DNA from: Candidatus Electrothrix sp. GW3-4
Lineage (GTDB): Bacteria > Desulfobacterota > Desulfobulbia > Desulfobulbales > Desulfobulbaceae
Reading direction: 5' to 3'
DNA length: 32,000 nt
Assembly (NCBI RefSeq): GCF_037902255.1
Contig: NZ_CP147990.1
Coordinates: 2,370,001-2,402,000 of the forward strand
Part shown: positions 1 through 8,439 of the stretch, in pieces
Layout: each line of letters opens with the position of its first letter
Numbering within the stretch: the first letter of the stretch is position 1
Notes under the pieces: generated by a model
Seen by the model: only the letters and a program-made list of their open reading frames with translations
Told to the model about the DNA's origin: nothing
Database searches by the model: none
Translations under genes and position numbers: made by a program

Positions 1-130
1 TCTACGGGCGCCATGTGTAGCCTCTTCCTCTTTCTCTTTTCCCCGCTCACCTTCAGCAGGAAGGCGCACTCCATGAGCCCACGACAGGCAGCTTTTACCT
101 TGTGCCATCCCTTCATCTCAACAAAGCGGT

Positions 131-970
131 GTGAATATGCGTTGGAAACAATTTCTTACTCCGGTCAAGTCACTCAATGCACCGGAGACCAGAAAGTACC
201 TGAATGATCTTTCCGTTGATGACTATAACATCATAGATGTACGCCAACCTGGTGAGTATAAAAGTGGACATATCCCAGGGGCAAAACTCATCCCAGTGGC
301 GGAACTGGCCGAGCGCAGCAAAGAGCTTGACCCGGAAAAGCCCACCGTAGTCTACTGAGCCATTGGCGGGCGCAGCCGGGTTGCTGCCCAGATGCTGGCA
401 GGTAAAGGGTTTGCCGAGGTAATCAATATGGCTGGCGGGATCAAGGCCTGGAACAGTGATACGGCCATTGGCCCTGAGGACACTGGCATGGCCCTGTTCT
501 CGGGCAAGGAAGAGATCGGGGAGGTCCTCCTGATCGCCTATGCCTTAGAGGCCGGGCTTCAGGATTTCTACACCTTGATGCAAGAGCAGGTCAGGCAGGA
601 GGAGGTCAGGTCTCTGTTCAGTAAGCTCAGCGCCATTGAGGTGAAGCATCAGGATCGGATCTTTGCTGAATACCAGCAGATAACAGCGCCCCCCCTGAGC
701 CGGGAAGAATTTGAGCGTAAGGCAGAGGTCCAGGCTATGGAGGGCGGCCTGACCACTGAGGAGTACCTGGCCCTCTACCCCACTGATATGGAGGTGGCTA
801 CGGAAGTACTTTCTCTGGCCATGGGCATTGAGGCCCAGGCCCTTGACCTCTATCTCCGGGCGGCTGCCAACTGTTCCGATGGAGCGACCCAGCAGACCCT
901 TCTTCGTATTGCCGAGGAAGAGCGCACCCACCTCAAACTACTGGGCGATCTGATGGACGAAAGAGCATGA
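131..970 (+). CDS. Rhodanese-domain / ferritin-like (rubrerythrin-type diiron) fusion protein, read through an in-frame TGA (356-358) as selenocysteine
   Basis: ORFs 131-358 and 392-970 share a frame (392-131=261). The TGA falls where the rhodanese active-site loop CxxGxRS has its Cys: ...KPTVVY[TGA]AIGGRSRVAAQMLAGKGF..NMAGGIKAW. The C-terminal half carries E / ExxH / E / ExxH motifs (LEAGLQDFY, AIEVKHQ, GIEAQALDLY, AEEERTHL). The start is GTG 131 or ATG 137. Confidence 0.75.
359..399 (+). promoter_or_regulatory. SECIS-like stem-loop immediately 3' of the in-frame UGA
   Basis: The lower stem pairs GCCA (359-362) with TGGC (396-399). The upper stem pairs GGcGCAGC (369-376, c371 bulged) with GCTGCC C (383-389). 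The apical loop is CGGGUU (377-382), about 21 nt after the UGA. Folded by eye only. Confidence 0.5.
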
Positions 971-1005
971 GCAGAAGCAGCGCACGCATTTAACGAGGAC
1001 ATATT

Positions 1006-2118
1006 ATGAGCAAACGACTGGTAATTGCTGGTGGCGGCCATGCCCATATGCTGACCCTGGCCCACCTGGAGGACTTTGTTGCCAAGGGCTTTGAGGTGAC
1101 AGTGATTGGCCCGGACAGCCACCATTACTATTCCGGCATGGGACCGGGCATGTTGGGCGGCACCTACCGCCCCGAGGAGATCCGCTTTGCCACCCAGCAG
1201 CTGGTGGAGAACAAGGGCGGCCTGTTTATCCAGGCCAAGGTAACCGGTATCCAGCCTCTTGAACGGGCCGTCCGGCTCAGCTCTGGTGAGGAGGTGCCCT
1301 ATGATGTCCTGTCCTGCAACCTGGGCAGCCAGGTCCCGGCGGATCTGATCAAGGGACCGCTGGAGGATATCTTTCTGGTCAAACCCATTGAGCGGCTGTT
1401 CAAGGCCAGGCAACGGATCCTTGAACTGGGGGCCAAGCAAAGGATAAGGATCGCCGTGGTAGGCGGCGGCCCCTCTGCGGTGGAGATCGCGGGCAATATC
1501 TGGCGGCTGGGCCAGGAGCCCGGTATGCAGGAACCGGCCATCACCGTCTTTGCCGGTCGTTCCCTGATGCCCCATCATTCGCCAGGGGTGCGCCAGCGGG
1601 CCGTGGCCTCCCTTGCTGCCCGCTCCATCAAGGTCATCAGTAACACCCGGGTGCAACAGATCCATCAGCGCCAGCTCTTTGATAGCGAGGGCATCACCCA
1701 CAAGTTCGATATCATCTTTGTGGCGGTGGGGGTGCAGCCCAACAGGCTCATTGGCGAGTCCGGCATCCCCACTGGCCCCCAGGGCGGCATGCTGGTGAAC
1801 CGCTATCTGCAAAGCATTAAGCATACGCGCATCTTTGGTGGCGGGGATTGCATTGACTTCCAGGACAGGCCCTTGGACAAGGTGGGGGTCTATGCGGTCC
1901 GCCAGAACCCCATTCTCCGGCATAACCTGATGGCAGCCCTGACCGGGGAGCGGATGCAGGCCTTTGCACCTGGGGGCAAGTATCTCCTCATCTTCAACCT
2001 GGGGGATGGCACAGGGATCCTCAGTAAGTGGTCCATGGTGCTGGGCGGGCGGCTGGCCTTCTTTATCAAGGACTGGATCGACCGCCGCTTTATGCGCACC
2101 TTTCAGGCCTTTGAGTAG
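1006..2118 (+). CDS. FAD-dependent pyridine nucleotide-disulfide oxidoreductase (NDH-2/SQR-like; GGGHAH...YSGMxPG subfamily)
   Basis: The N-terminal Rossmann motif is LVIAGGGHAH, a second dinucleotide motif is IAVVGGGPSAVE, and GGGDC lies near the C-terminus. SD GAGGA sits 7 nt upstream of the ATG. Confidence 0.85.
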   Translation: MSKRLVIAGGGHAHMLTLAHLEDFVAKGFEVTVIGPDSHHYYSGMGPGMLGGTYRPEEIRFATQQLVENKGGLFIQAKVTGIQPLERAVRLSSGEEVPYDVLSCNLGSQVPADLIKGPLEDIFLVKPIERLFKARQRILELGAKQRIRIAVVGGGPSAVEIAGNIWRLGQEPGMQEPAITVFAGRSLMPHHSPGVRQRAVASLAARSIKVISNTRVQQIHQRQLFDSEGITHKFDIIFVAVGVQPNRLIGESGIPTGPQGGMLVNRYLQSIKHTRIFGGGDCIDFQDRPLDKVGVYAVRQNPILRHNLMAALTGERMQAFAPGGKYLLIFNLGDGTGILSKWSMVLGGRLAFFIKDWIDRRFMRTFQAFE

Positions 2119-2140
2119 GGGCAGACCTGTGTGTCTGCCC
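2119..2140 (+). terminator. Intrinsic-terminator-like hairpin after the oxidoreductase gene
   Basis: GGGCAGAC-ctgtgt-GTCTGCCC starts 1 nt after the stop codon and is followed by TTATATTATT. Confidence 0.55.
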
Positions 2141-2150
2141 TTATATTATT

Positions 2151-2306
2151 GGGGAGACACAGAGGTCTCCCCCTACGGGTGGCGTATTGATTCATCGCCT
2201 GCCCTGAAGAGGCCGTATTCATCAGCCCGGTGCAACGGGCTGGGGGTTTGCTGCACCGAAGATCAGTTGGGGTCTACCCCTACTGGGCGTTGGGGTCTAC
2301 CCCAAC
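2151..2306. repeat. GC-rich hairpin repeats with CCCCTAC tails
   Basis: GGGGAGAC-acagag-GTCTCCCC+CTACGGG lies at 2151-2179. GTTGGGGTCTACCCC occurs twice (2266-2280 and 2289-2303), and the second copy forms GTTGGGG-tcta-CCCCAAC. Confidence 0.5.
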
Positions 2307-2368
2307 AGACCGTTCCTGGATAGGGGAAAGAGATCAGCAGGAGATTCCGGGACCGCCGCTGCATTTGC

Positions 2369-2397
2369 TTGACAAACACAGCCCAGCTGTTTATGAT
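2369..2397 (+). promoter_or_regulatory. Sigma70-type promoter candidate for the 2452 gene
   Basis: TTGACA (2369-2374), a 17-nt spacer, then TATGAT (2392-2397), about 55 nt upstream of the ATG, which is preceded by GGAGGAG. Confidence 0.5.
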
Positions 2398-2451
2398 TTT
2401 TTCTAACGTATTTACAAGGCCGTATCAAATTCACCGTATTGGAGGAGAGCT

Positions 2452-3528
2452 ATGGCAGCAATTCAATGGAGACCAGTACCCAACCACCTGACCACCCCTG
2501 ACTCTTACAGCATCTGCTTTGTCTCACGCGGCTCTGCCGGGCTTAATGATCTTGCCTCGGACATCACCCTGCATCATCCCAATTTCAGTAAGGACGATAT
2601 CATCACCATCCTCCATGCCGAGGACGAGGCCATTCTGGAACGGCTGCTCAATGGCGAGCAGGTGACCAAAGAGGGCAGCCTGAGCTGGTTTCCCTCCTTC
2701 ACCGGCAGATTAGACAACCCGGACGACCCGCTGCCGCCCCTGGATGAATGCCTGCACCTCAACACCCGCATCTCCGCGCCCTTTCTCGAACATCTGCGCC
2801 AGGAGGCCCAGACCGAGCGCCTGCCCATGCGCGAAAAACTGCCAGTCATCACTGCTGCCGAAGACACGGTGCTGGGCCTGCGCGATGTCCTGCGCTCGGA
2901 TGGCATGCTCCGCCTTACAGGCAACAACCTCTCCTTTGACCGCAACGATATCGGCTCCCACTGCCTGATTGAGGGGACCCGCAGCGGCAGCGCGGTCCAG
3001 AGCCGGGTCGGCACCATTGCCAACAGCGAGATCGTGCTCATGCCTGATGTGCCCAGCCAGGACGATCCATGGAACAATGAGTACCGCCTTTCCGTGACCA
3101 CCCATTACACCGAGCACGGCACGCCGCGCACTGGCACCTACAAACGGATGCTGCGCAGCCCCCTGAGCATCACCCTCAGCAGCAGTGGGCCGCCCGCGAA
3201 TATCGGCATCCTCACTGGCAGTGCAACTGCGCCCCATGTGAGCGTCACCGGGGCCACGATGAGTGAGGATACCAGCCTCCGCATCCAGGTCATTCAGGAC
3301 CTGCCTGGCAACCGGCTCCTCTTTAACCTCCTTGATATGGACAAGGACGGACAGGCAGGCGAGCAGGTCAGCCTGACCACGGACGGCAGTCTCAGCCTGT
3401 CCGGCTTTACCGGCTCGCCCCTGAGCTCCCTGGCCCTCACGGTCAATGACTATGCTGCCCTCTGGGAGATGCTCCGTAAGGAATACGGTGGCAGGCTGGT
3501 GGATACACTTGATATCACATCAACATAA
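2452..3528 (+). CDS. Hypothetical protein (the N-terminus resembles HU-HIG-type DNA-binding domains and the remainder may be DUF4469/Ig-like; tentative)
   Basis: A 358-aa ORF with a strong SD (GGAGGAG) and its own promoter. The family assignment is recalled from sequence pattern only. Confidence 0.65.
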   Translation: MAAIQWRPVPNHLTTPDSYSICFVSRGSAGLNDLASDITLHHPNFSKDDIITILHAEDEAILERLLNGEQVTKEGSLSWFPSFTGRLDNPDDPLPPLDECLHLNTRISAPFLEHLRQEAQTERLPMREKLPVITAAEDTVLGLRDVLRSDGMLRLTGNNLSFDRNDIGSHCLIEGTRSGSAVQSRVGTIANSEIVLMPDVPSQDDPWNNEYRLSVTTHYTEHGTPRTGTYKRMLRSPLSITLSSSGPPANIGILTGSATAPHVSVTGATMSEDTSLRIQVIQDLPGNRLLFNLLDMDKDGQAGEQVSLTTDGSLSLSGFTGSPLSSLALTVNDYAALWEMLRKEYGGRLVDTLDITST

Positions 3529-3588
3529 ACAAACTACACAGAGGCGGCCCCGCAGCAAGGCCTCTGTAACCGGCACACAAGGAGAGGA

Positions 3589-4188
3589 ATGCGAGAGAAA
3601 CACGACTGGGATAAACGCTACGACGAGGACGATATGCCCTGGGATACGGGCATGCCGGAGATCACCCTGATCAATCTGATTGCTCAATGGCCCCAAGGCA
3701 TTAAGCGGGTACTGGAGATCGGCTGTGGCACCGGCAGCAATGCAGTCTGGCTGGCTGAACAGGGCCTGGAGGTAACAGCAATGGATATCTCGGACAAGGC
3801 CCTTGCCCTGGCAGAAAAACGCTGCGCAGAACATGCCGTACAGTGTCGCCTGATCAGAACAGACTTTCTCACCTGCACCCCGGCTGGCCAGTACGACCTC
3901 CTCTTTGACCGGGGGTGTTTCCATTGCACAGAGGAAGAAGCAACACAAAGGGACTTTGTCCAGCAGGCTACGGTCCATCTCAAACCAGGCGGCTTTTGGC
4001 TAAGCCTGATCGGCAACAAAGACCAGGTATCGCCGGAAGGCAAAGGCCCTCCCCGGCTCTCTGCCAGCGAGATATGCACGGCAGTGGAGCCTGCCTTTGA
4101 GATCCTCAGCCTGCAATCTATACTTAAACCCTCGCCCAAGCAGCCCAGGCCACTCAGGTTCTGGCATTGCCTGATGCGGATGAGGTAA
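3589..4188 (+). CDS. Class I SAM-dependent methyltransferase (TPMT/TehB-like)
   Basis: Motif I is VLEIGCGTGSNAVWLAEQG..V.AMDIS. The N-terminal WDKRY...PWD pattern resembles the thiopurine/tellurite methyltransferase families. SD AGGAGAGG. Confidence 0.85.
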   Translation: MREKHDWDKRYDEDDMPWDTGMPEITLINLIAQWPQGIKRVLEIGCGTGSNAVWLAEQGLEVTAMDISDKALALAEKRCAEHAVQCRLIRTDFLTCTPAGQYDLLFDRGCFHCTEEEATQRDFVQQATVHLKPGGFWLSLIGNKDQVSPEGKGPPRLSASEICTAVEPAFEILSLQSILKPSPKQPRPLRFWHCLMRMR

Positions 4189-4203
4189 GGCTACTCATCT
4201 GGC

Positions 4204-4728
4204 ATGGCCACGAAAAAATCTATTACTTTACCGAGGGGCTGGGAGGAACGTATAAAGAAGGCAGGCGAACGCTACCGTGTGCTCTCCTTTGAAGACGACT
4301 GGCCCCGCAGGATGTCGATCACCGTAAAGATCAGGGAAGATGGGGTTATTTTCACCCGGACAATAGCCCTTTCCATGCCCATTACTGACCGGATTGGCCA
4401 TGAAACGGTCTTTAACGCCTGCATCATCAAAGAGAAAGGGATGACGGATTGCCTGATGAACAGAACAGGATACCTGAAGGTGCTGGAAGCACTCTCCTCA
4501 ATAACTCTTCCTACCATCCAGCCCTCGCAATCACCCTTCTGTACCATGAGCAGAGAGGTCATCTTTATCATTGAAATCGGGGACACCTACACGCCCCAAC
4601 GGTCACGGTTTCAATGGAGGAATCCTGGCAGGGAGGCAACACACTGTCTTGAATATATATGGGAACTCTTCGGACGTGTTATCCAGGAATGCAATCCTGA
4701 TATCCGACTTGACGACTTTATAGTTTGA
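4204..4728 (+). CDS. Hypothetical protein
   Basis: A 174-aa ORF 15 nt after the methyltransferase stop, with no recognisable motif and a weak SD. Confidence 0.5.
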   Translation: MATKKSITLPRGWEERIKKAGERYRVLSFEDDWPRRMSITVKIREDGVIFTRTIALSMPITDRIGHETVFNACIIKEKGMTDCLMNRTGYLKVLEALSSITLPTIQPSQSPFCTMSREVIFIIEIGDTYTPQRSRFQWRNPGREATHCLEYIWELFGRVIQECNPDIRLDDFIV

Positions 4729-4754
4729 GAGGAACGACGTGGTGTTCGTTTTAT

Positions 4755-4799
4755 ATGAACGTAGCGACGACTCCTTGGAGTCGTCCGATCAACGTTCAT
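4755..4799. terminator. Nested hairpin between convergent genes (candidate bidirectional terminator)
   Basis: The outer stem pairs ATGAACGT (4755-4762) with ACGTTCAT (4792-4799). The inner stem is GACGACTC-cttg-GAGTCGTC (4766-4785). There is no clear U-tract. Confidence 0.4.
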
Positions 4800-4865
4800 G
4801 CTTTGTTGAGAGCGCAAGCTCATGGCCGTTAGACCGTCCGTTATACCGTCCCATTACCATTATTA

Positions 4866-6032
4866 CTACCGCACACTACGATCCAACATAGCCCGCAGGC
4901 CGCCCTGCTCGCTCGGGGTAGAGCCAAAAACCTCCTGCCAGATATTCTCGCTCTCCATGCAAAAGTAGATGCAGGTGCGGGGATGGGCAAAGCGGGCCAG
5001 CTCATCAGCGATGAGCTGGTACATCTCCACCCGCTGACTCCGGAAATAACGGGCCTTGCCGTCCAGCCCCTCCACAAACTCCTCATAGAAAAACCTGGAC
5101 TGGGGAAAGCGCTCAGCAGCGATATTGCGTAAGGCGGGCAGATAACGCAGGGCCCCCAGACTGATCCAGGCGATACGGTCCGCAGGCACCGTGCGAAAGA
5201 GCTGCCGGATGGTGGCCCGGTAGCCCTCCTGCCAGCCCTCATGCCAGATAATGGGATCAAAATGAAAGGCCAGGCGATAGCCCCAATCCGCACAACGGAC
5301 CGCAGCGGCCAGCCGCTCCTCCAGACTGGCGGTCCGGATCTCTTCCTGTTCCATAATCGGAGGACTGTTCAGAGACCAGGCCACCAGGGTACGCCCGCCG
5401 TGATCCAGCCCTTCCAGGTTGTCTATGACCACGGACTTGGACTTGAGCTCCAGGACCGCGTTCTCCTTATCCCGCATATAGTCCACCAACAGGGGGCTAA
5501 AACGAGTCAGGCTGTCCAGGGCCAGGCTGTCGGTGAACTCGCCAGTACCGATACGGAGAAAGGTCTGCGGGTCCGCGGCAAAGGCCGCATCCAGCTCAGC
5601 GAACAGGTCTTGGATATTGACAAAGAAGCTGATCCAGGGGTTATTGAGATAGGCCTGGAGAATGCAGTAGACGCAGTCCATGGGGCAGCCCATGCCGATA
5701 TTAAGGACCTGGTATTCACAGCAGGTGTACTCCCGGGTAGCAGGACAGGGCTTAAAGAACTGGCCCCGGTTCCGACAGAGAAGGAGGTAGTGTTTGCCCT
5801 GGCTCAGGTTACCCGGATAGGCCCCGGCAACCACAGGGTGCTGCCGGTCCCCAATGACCGTGACTGGCAACCGACTCCGCTGCATGATCTCCTGGGTATA
5901 GGGATCCTGCTGGCACTCTTCGCTCACATAGAGTTGGGTGATGTATTTTGCTGGATCGCCGTAGGACATGAATGCTGGTTTTCTTTTATATGAAAGTGGT
6001 CGGTGAAACCAACCAGGCTTCCCTTCTTTCAT
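4866..6032 (-). CDS. Spore-photoproduct-lyase-family radical SAM protein (SplB-like)
   Basis: The radical SAM cluster motif is GCPMDCVYCILQAY, and overall length and layout fit the SPL family. An alternative start lies at MSYGD, 22 codons in. Confidence 0.8.
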   Translation of the reverse strand: MKEGKPGWFHRPLSYKRKPAFMSYGDPAKYITQLYVSEECQQDPYTQEIMQRSRLPVTVIGDRQHPVVAGAYPGNLSQGKHYLLLCRNRGQFFKPCPATREYTCCEYQVLNIGMGCPMDCVYCILQAYLNNPWISFFVNIQDLFAELDAAFAADPQTFLRIGTGEFTDSLALDSLTRFSPLLVDYMRDKENAVLELKSKSVVIDNLEGLDHGGRTLVAWSLNSPPIMEQEEIRTASLEERLAAAVRCADWGYRLAFHFDPIIWHEGWQEGYRATIRQLFRTVPADRIAWISLGALRYLPALRNIAAERFPQSRFFYEEFVEGLDGKARYFRSQRVEMYQLIADELARFAHPRTCIYFCMESENIWQEVFGSTPSEQGGLRAMLDRSVR

Positions 6033-6042
6033 GTTTTCTTGT

Positions 6043-6060
6043 CCCTCCCAGAGGGGAGGG
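6043..6060 (-). terminator. CCCTCCC/GGGAGGG hairpin after the dehydrogenase stop, overlapping the SD of the SPL-family gene
   Basis: CCCTCCC-agag-GGGAGGG. On the minus strand its 3' arm GGGAGGG lies about 10 nt upstream of ATG 6032. Confidence 0.35.
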
Positions 6061-6062
6061 CG

Positions 6063-7340
6063 TTATAAGGACCCGTCTGCCAGGCCCTTGGCCAGCACAT
6101 TCTTGACATCATAGACCACAAAGCTCGGACGAGTGAGCCGCTCCAGGTCCTTCTGATCCAATTGCACGAACTCCTGGTGGGCAACGGCCAGCACCACGGC
6201 GTCATAGCTATTCCAGGGCAGGGTCTCGGTCATGATGACCCCGTAATAGCGATGGGCCTCCTCCGGGTCGACCCAGGGATCATAGACCTCCACCTCGGCC
6301 CCGTACGAACTGAGCTCATCAATAATATCCGTTACCCGGGTATTGCGCAGGTCCGGGCAGTTTTCCTTAAAGGTCAGGCCAAGGATGAGGATCCGGGCGT
6401 CCGCCACTGGGATCCGTTGCATGAGCATCAACTTGACCACCTCTGAGGCGATATAGCGGCCCATGTCATCATTCAGCCGTCGCCCGGCCAGGATCATCTC
6501 GGGATGATAGCCCACCTGCTGGGCCTTATGGGTCAGATAATAGGGATCCACCCCGATGCAATGGCCGCCCACCAGGCCAGGGCGAAAGGGGAGGAAGTTC
6601 CACTTGGTGCCTGCTGCCTCCAGGACCTCCAGGGTATTAATCCCCAGCCGGTTGAAGATCAGGGCCAGTTCATTGACCAGGGCAATATTGACATCCCGCT
6701 GGGTGTTCTCAATGACCTTGGCTGCCTCAGCCACCCGGATACTGGTGGCCTTAAAGGTGCCCGCCGTGATAATGGTCTGGTAGAGCGCATCCACGAACTC
6801 GGCAATCTTAGGGGTGGAGCCGGAGGTCACCTTGACAATGCTCGGCAGGCGATGTTCATGGTCACCTGGATTGATCCGTTCCGGGCTGTAGCCAGCAAAG
6901 AAGTCCTGATTATAGACCAACCCGGATTCCTGCTCCAGGATCGGGACACAGACCTCCTCAGTGGCACCGGGATAGACCGTTGACTCATAGATCACCACAT
7001 CGCCCGCTTTCAGGACCTGGGCCACGGTGCGGGAGGCCCCTTCTAAAGGACGAAGATCAGGCCGCTTAGCATCATCAATAGGGGTGGGCACAGCAATGAT
7101 AAAGACCGTACAGGTCCGCAGGTCCTCAATACGGGCTGTGAACTGGAGTTGTTTGGCGCTGACCAGCTCCTCGGAAGGCACCTCGCGGGTGAGGTCAATC
7201 CCCTGCCGTAACTGGGCAATCCGCTCTTCCTTCAGGTCAAAACCGACACAGGGCAGCTTCTTACTGAATTCCACAGCCAGCGGCAGACCAACATAACCGA
7301 GACCGATAATAGCTAATTTGGTGGAATGGATATCAGGCAT
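6063..7340 (-). CDS. Nucleotide-sugar dehydrogenase (UDP-GlcNAc/GalNAc 6-dehydrogenase type; TviB/WbpA/CapL-like)
   Basis: [18 protein letters not shown] Rossmann start, the catalytic region [11 protein letters not shown] and a C-terminal UDP-binding domain. The start is moved to ATG 7340 because the GTG-7400 extension is not family-like. Confidence 0.9.
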   Translation of the reverse strand: MPDIHSTKLAIIGLGYVGLPLAVEFSKKLPCVGFDLKEERIAQLRQGIDLTREVPSEELVSAKQLQFTARIEDLRTCTVFIIAVPTPIDDAKRPDLRPLEGASRTVAQVLKAGDVVIYESTVYPGATEEVCVPILEQESGLVYNQDFFAGYSPERINPGDHEHRLPSIVKVTSGSTPKIAEFVDALYQTIITAGTFKATSIRVAEAAKVIENTQRDVNIALVNELALIFNRLGINTLEVLEAAGTKWNFLPFRPGLVGGHCIGVDPYYLTHKAQQVGYHPEMILAGRRLNDDMGRYIASEVVKLMLMQRIPVADARILILGLTFKENCPDLRNTRVTDIIDELSSYGAEVEVYDPWVDPEEAHRYYGVIMTETLPWNSYDAVVLAVAHQEFVQLDQKDLERLTRPSFVVYDVKNVLAKGLADGSL

Positions 7341-7400
7341 GTTTTTTCTTGGGTTGATGGGATAAAGGAAGCAAGACGAACAGAGGCCGTTAGAAAGCAC

Positions 7401-8075
7401 TCAGACCCCTCGCCGGGCATCGGGCCAAAGCTGGCTATGGAGCTGGAGCTGCAACCTGATCGGCAGCTGCTCCTGCAGGACTAGCTCAGCAAGCAGGGCC
7501 GGAGATAAGCGCTCAATGACCGGAGAAAAAAGGACCGGTACCTGTTCGGTCAGCGTATATTGTCGCACAATATCCAGGGCCCAGGCCACATCCTCAGGTG
7601 AGCAAAGGACAAACTTGACCTCATCACGACTCCCAGCCTGTTGCCGTTGCTCCAGTAAGGCAAGATTGGGCCAGTAATTCTGCTCTGTCATTCCAGAGTC
7701 AGGCGTTTTCAGGTCCATGATAACGCTGACCGCTGTCGGAACCCGCTCAATACTCAGACTGCCCCCGGTTTCCAGCAGGACCTTACGCTCATCGGCTACG
7801 AGCTGTTCCAGGAGAGGATACACCGCCTCCTGCAGCAAGGGTTCACCACCAGTGATCTCCACCATGACTCCGGGAAAATCTGCGAGCCAATCCTCTACCT
7901 GTTCAATGCCCATGACCCTGCCCTCTTCTTCCCAGGTATAGCGAGAATCACAATAGGAGCAGCGCAGATTACAGACGCAGAGCCGAACAAAGACGCAAGG
8001 AAGCCCTGCCCAGGTGGACTCCCCCTGAAGAGAGTAAAAGAGCTCGGAAACGAGCAATGAAGCGGAATCAGGCAC
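7401..8075 (-). CDS. queE: 7-carboxy-7-deazaguanine synthase
   Basis: LFYSLQGES..G.PCVFVRL..CNLRCSYCDS is the radical SAM QueE signature. The gene overlaps queD by 8 nt. Confidence 0.9.
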   Translation of the reverse strand: MPDSASLLVSELFYSLQGESTWAGLPCVFVRLCVCNLRCSYCDSRYTWEEEGRVMGIEQVEDWLADFPGVMVEITGGEPLLQEAVYPLLEQLVADERKVLLETGGSLSIERVPTAVSVIMDLKTPDSGMTEQNYWPNLALLEQRQQAGSRDEVKFVLCSPEDVAWALDIVRQYTLTEQVPVLFSPVIERLSPALLAELVLQEQLPIRLQLQLHSQLWPDARRGV

Positions 8076-8439
8076 CGTAATAAATCACGCCGCTGGAGTC
8101 GGTTTCCCGGACCTGCACGGAATAGAGGGAGTAACGCTCTGTTTTTAAACCTGCTGTCAGCTGCTCGAAAAGAAAGGTGGCAATATGCTCGGAAGAGGGA
8201 TTATGGTCCTGAAAGGCAGGGTGCTCGTTCAGGTCACAGTGATCCAACTCATCAACAACGCTGTTGACCTCTTTTTTTAAGACCTTAAAATCGATCCCCA
8301 TCCCTAATTTGTCCAGTTCCTGCACCCGCACAGTGACCTTTACCTTCCAGTTATGGCCATGTGGTTTTTCACAGTTACCAGGATAATCCCGGAGATGGTG
8401 GCCCCCGGAGAAATGGGTTTTTATAAAAACATCAAACAT
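8068..8439 (-). CDS. queD: 6-carboxy-5,6,7,8-tetrahydropterin synthase
   Basis: A 123-aa protein with HxxxGHNW(K)V and CxxxHGH-type PTPS motifs (CEKPHGHNWKVKVTV). Confidence 0.9.
   Translation of the reverse strand: MFDVFIKTHFSGGHHLRDYPGNCEKPHGHNWKVKVTVRVQELDKLGMGIDFKVLKKEVNSVVDELDHCDLNEHPAFQDHNPSSEHIATFLFEQLTAGLKTERYSLYSVQVRETDSSGVIYYGA

Noticed and set aside
13-207. 64-aa plus-strand ORF at the window start
   Set aside because: It overlaps the rhodanese start in another frame and has no SD or recognisable motif. The first ~130 nt are better treated as leader sequence or the edge of an upstream gene that I cannot support.
850-1923. 357-aa minus-strand ORF
   Set aside because: It is entirely antisense to the well-supported flavoprotein gene and to the 3' end of the rhodanese gene. 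Its composition is Ala/Gly/Leu/His-rich and low in complexity, typical of shadow ORFs, and it has no motif or SD.
4751-4765. Shared 11-mer TATGAACGTAG with 14285-14295 (reverse strand)
   Set aside because: A match of this length is expected many times by chance in a 32-kb window read on both strands, and the flanks do not align.
5241-5993. 250-aa plus-strand ORF
   Set aside because: It is antisense to the SPL-family radical SAM gene, which carries the CxxxCxxC motif, so it is a shadow ORF.
6063-7400. Extended GTG start (7400) for the sugar dehydrogenase
   Set aside because: The extra 20 residues ([19 protein letters not shown]) precede the Rossmann beta1 strand, which normally sits at the very N-terminus in this family. 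ATG 7340 is preferred, although it has a weak SD.
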